64,000 bases of DNA, taken from assembly GCA_945870025.1 (NCBI GenBank), contig CAMBQN010000004.1:65017-129016 (forward strand). Direction: 5' to 3'. This DNA is from Akkermansia muciniphila. Its GTDB lineage: Bacteria > Verrucomicrobiota > Kiritimatiellia > RFP12 > JAAYNR01. The notes beneath the pieces were generated by a model. That model saw only the letters and a program-made list of their open reading frames with translations, was not told where the DNA came from and made no database searches. The position numbers and the translations under genes were made by a program. Below are positions 62,246 to 64,000 of this stretch, piece after piece. How positions within the stretch are numbered: position 1 is the first letter of the stretch; each line of letters starts with the position of its first letter.

Positions 62246-63220
62246 ATGGAAACTGTTATGACATCGAACATTCCGCCCAAGCAAACGGTCACCGGTTCCC
62301 CCGGCACGCCGAATCCGGCCTTCGAGCAGCCGTATGCAGGCATACCGGAGCAACCGGGCGCACTGGTCTCGATCCACAACGCCGCACTCCACGCGACCCC
62401 CGACTCATTCCCCGTACTGAAGGCGTTCCAAGACTATCTGGAGGCCGAACGGCAGCGTGCGCGCCGCCGGCTGGTTCTCTTATCCGCCTTTTTCGCAGTT
62501 CTCCTCATCGTAGTCATGGTCGGCCTGATCGCCATCGGCGTCTCGATCTATGGAGACCTATCGGCCAAGAATGACAAACTGTTTTCGGTGCTGATCGATC
62601 AGCACACGGCGCCGGCCGGACGGATGCCGGCGGAAACCGATGCCAGCGCCCGTGAACGCGCCATTGAGGAACAGGTCGCAGCCAGACTGGCCGCAGCCTC
62701 CAGACCCGCACCCGGGGCGTCTCCGGGCATCGACGTCGCTGCACTAGAACGCATCATTGAAGAGCGTGTCGCCGCCCGGATGGCCGCCGCCCAGCCAAGC
62801 GTGCCAAGCCCCGCGCCAGCCAATCCTCAACCGTCCGCCCTGGATGATATCAAGGCCACACTGGCTGCGATTCAAAAGGAGAACGCGGCGCTCCGTTCGC
62901 AACCCACGAGGCCATCGAGCATTGGTGCGCTCGTCCCGCGTTCCGCCGTCGAGAATCTGAACCCGCCACCCGCCGCAGAACCGCCACCGACGGCGACGGC
63001 TCCCATCGCACTTGCATCCTCAATCCAACCGGCGGTCAGCCTGCCGGTGCCCCTGCCCGTGGTGGCCGTCGCCCCGGCTGTTCTCCGAAAACCGCTCGAA
63101 CAAGCTCCGTCTGCGGTCGCCCAAGCTTACCAGACATCGGGTGACCGTCTCACGGTCGGCATCCCGGGGAAGAATTCGGAAGAACCGATCCCGTGGCGAA
63201 TCGTCCTGCCCAAGCCTTGA
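62246..63220 (+). CDS. Hypothetical single-pass membrane protein, Pro/Ala-rich
   Basis: TM helix LVLLSAFFAVLLIVVMVGLIAIGVSIY. Internal duplicated motif ER(A/I)IEE(Q/R)VAAR(L/M)AAA. Low complexity, so coding status is only moderately supported. Confidence 0.5.
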   Translation: METVMTSNIPPKQTVTGSPGTPNPAFEQPYAGIPEQPGALVSIHNAALHATPDSFPVLKAFQDYLEAERQRARRRLVLLSAFFAVLLIVVMVGLIAIGVSIYGDLSAKNDKLFSVLIDQHTAPAGRMPAETDASARERAIEEQVAARLAAASRPAPGASPGIDVAALERIIEERVAARMAAAQPSVPSPAPANPQPSALDDIKATLAAIQKENAALRSQPTRPSSIGALVPRSAVENLNPPPAAEPPPTATAPIALASSIQPAVSLPVPLPVVAVAPAVLRKPLEQAPSAVAQAYQTSGDRLTVGIPGKNSEEPIPWRIVLPKP

Positions 63221-63266
63221 AACGGCAGGCATCTGGAAACCGCGTTTCATTCAGAAAGGCTGTGTC

Positions 63267-63809
63267 ATGATTCATCCGATTGTCACCTTTGGCCATGCAA
63301 GTCTGCGCTGCGAATCCCGTGTTGTTCCGACCGTCACCGATGAAATTCGCCGGCTGGCCGCCGACCTGATCGATACCATGCATGAGGCTAGCGGCGTGGG
63401 CCTCGCCGCTCCTCAGATCGGTCGCGAAGCGGCGGTGTGCGTCATCGACATCCCCCCCGACGCCGAGAAGCCGGTATGCCGCGCCTTCAACGCCGCGGTC
63501 CCTATGCCGCTGGTGCTGATCAACCCCGAGATTCTCGCCACGGAAGGAAGCCAGCGAAACAACGAGGGCTGTCTGAGCTTCCCCGAGATCTACGCCGTCA
63601 TCTCCCGCCCCAATCAGGTGACGGTTGCCTTCCACGCACTGGATGCGTCTCGCCAAACCCTCACCGTGCAAGGTCTTCTCGCCCGCGCCGTAATGCATGA
63701 GATTGACCACCTCAACGGCGTCCTGCTGGTCGACCGCATGTCACAGGTGCAGAAACTCGCCGTCGCCGGCAAGCTCCGGCGCCTGAAAAAAGAGGCCAAA
63801 CAAGCATGA
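63267..63809 (+). CDS. def: Peptide deformylase
   Basis: GVGLAAPQIG, EGCLSFP and HEIDHLNG metal-binding motifs. Start at ATG 63267. Confidence 0.93.
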   Translation: MIHPIVTFGHASLRCESRVVPTVTDEIRRLAADLIDTMHEASGVGLAAPQIGREAAVCVIDIPPDAEKPVCRAFNAAVPMPLVLINPEILATEGSQRNNEGCLSFPEIYAVISRPNQVTVAFHALDASRQTLTVQGLLARAVMHEIDHLNGVLLVDRMSQVQKLAVAGKLRRLKKEAKQA

Positions 63810-64000
63810 GCAAGCAAGCGGCACGAACCATGCGCATCGACCTCGCGGCGGCGGACGTGACGACGGACGAATCACGCCGTGCGGCCCGGCGGTCCGACAC
63901 GGTGACGACCACCGCCTTCTCGGCGAAACGACATGAGCGGCTGAATCGCGACACCCCTTACGATCTGTTGCTGGAGAGTGTCTACGATGCGGTGTTGATC
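63806..64000 (+). CDS. Partial ORF (N-terminus only), unknown; not fmt-like
   Basis: ATGA overlap with the def stop. It reads MSKQAARTMRIDLAAADVTTDESRR...PYDLLLESVYDAVLI and runs off the window. The last residues could begin a PAS-type domain, which is speculative. Confidence 0.4.
   Translation, partial: MSKQAARTMRIDLAAADVTTDESRRAARRSDTVTTTAFSAKRHERLNRDTPYDLLLESVYDAVLI

Noticed and set aside
63806-64000. Calling the gene after def as fmt (methionyl-tRNA formyltransferase)
   Set aside because: def-fmt synteny is common, but the visible 65 residues (MSKQAARTMRIDLAAAD…) do not resemble the Fmt N-terminus (MRI.FMGTP.FA). Left as an unknown partial ORF.

Overview
High-GC (~60-65% by eye) bacterial chromosome segment, densely coding on both strands. 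Gene content (DUF4159/vWA, several glycoside hydrolases, signal-peptide ExbB) suggests the PVC group (Verrucomicrobiota, Kiritimatiellota or Lentisphaerota); that placement is inference only. Most genes are housekeeping: secA, gmk, folD, polA, tilS, glgP, serC, ispF, cysS, tmk, holB, aroQ, recR, ybaB, def and tRNA-Val(UAC). There is also an AraC-linked GH29/GH43 glycan-utilisation cluster, and a minus-strand block LemA-TPM-ExbB-ExbD-giant vWA/DUF4159 protein. Two things stand out. (1) ExbB/ExbD are tightly coupled to a ~1,700-aa vWA / TolA-like / DUF4159 envelope protein. Its reading frame is split by a 22-nt duplication inside a ~303-bp coding tandem repeat. (2) At least three related families of composite palindromic, MITE-like intergenic elements recur at 3' gene ends. 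They combine terminal inverted repeats with internal arrays of 6-, 7- or 12-bp units whose copy number varies. Two copies have 8-9 bp flanking direct repeats, and several copies pile up in a ~900-bp non-coding island (47.6-48.5 kb). Many long ORFs in the supplied track are antisense shadow ORFs of real genes, which is typical at high GC. One real gene, a SWIM/SNF2 helicase at 1-2718 on the minus strand, is missing from the track because it runs off the window. No CRISPR array, rRNA, transposase or integrase was seen.
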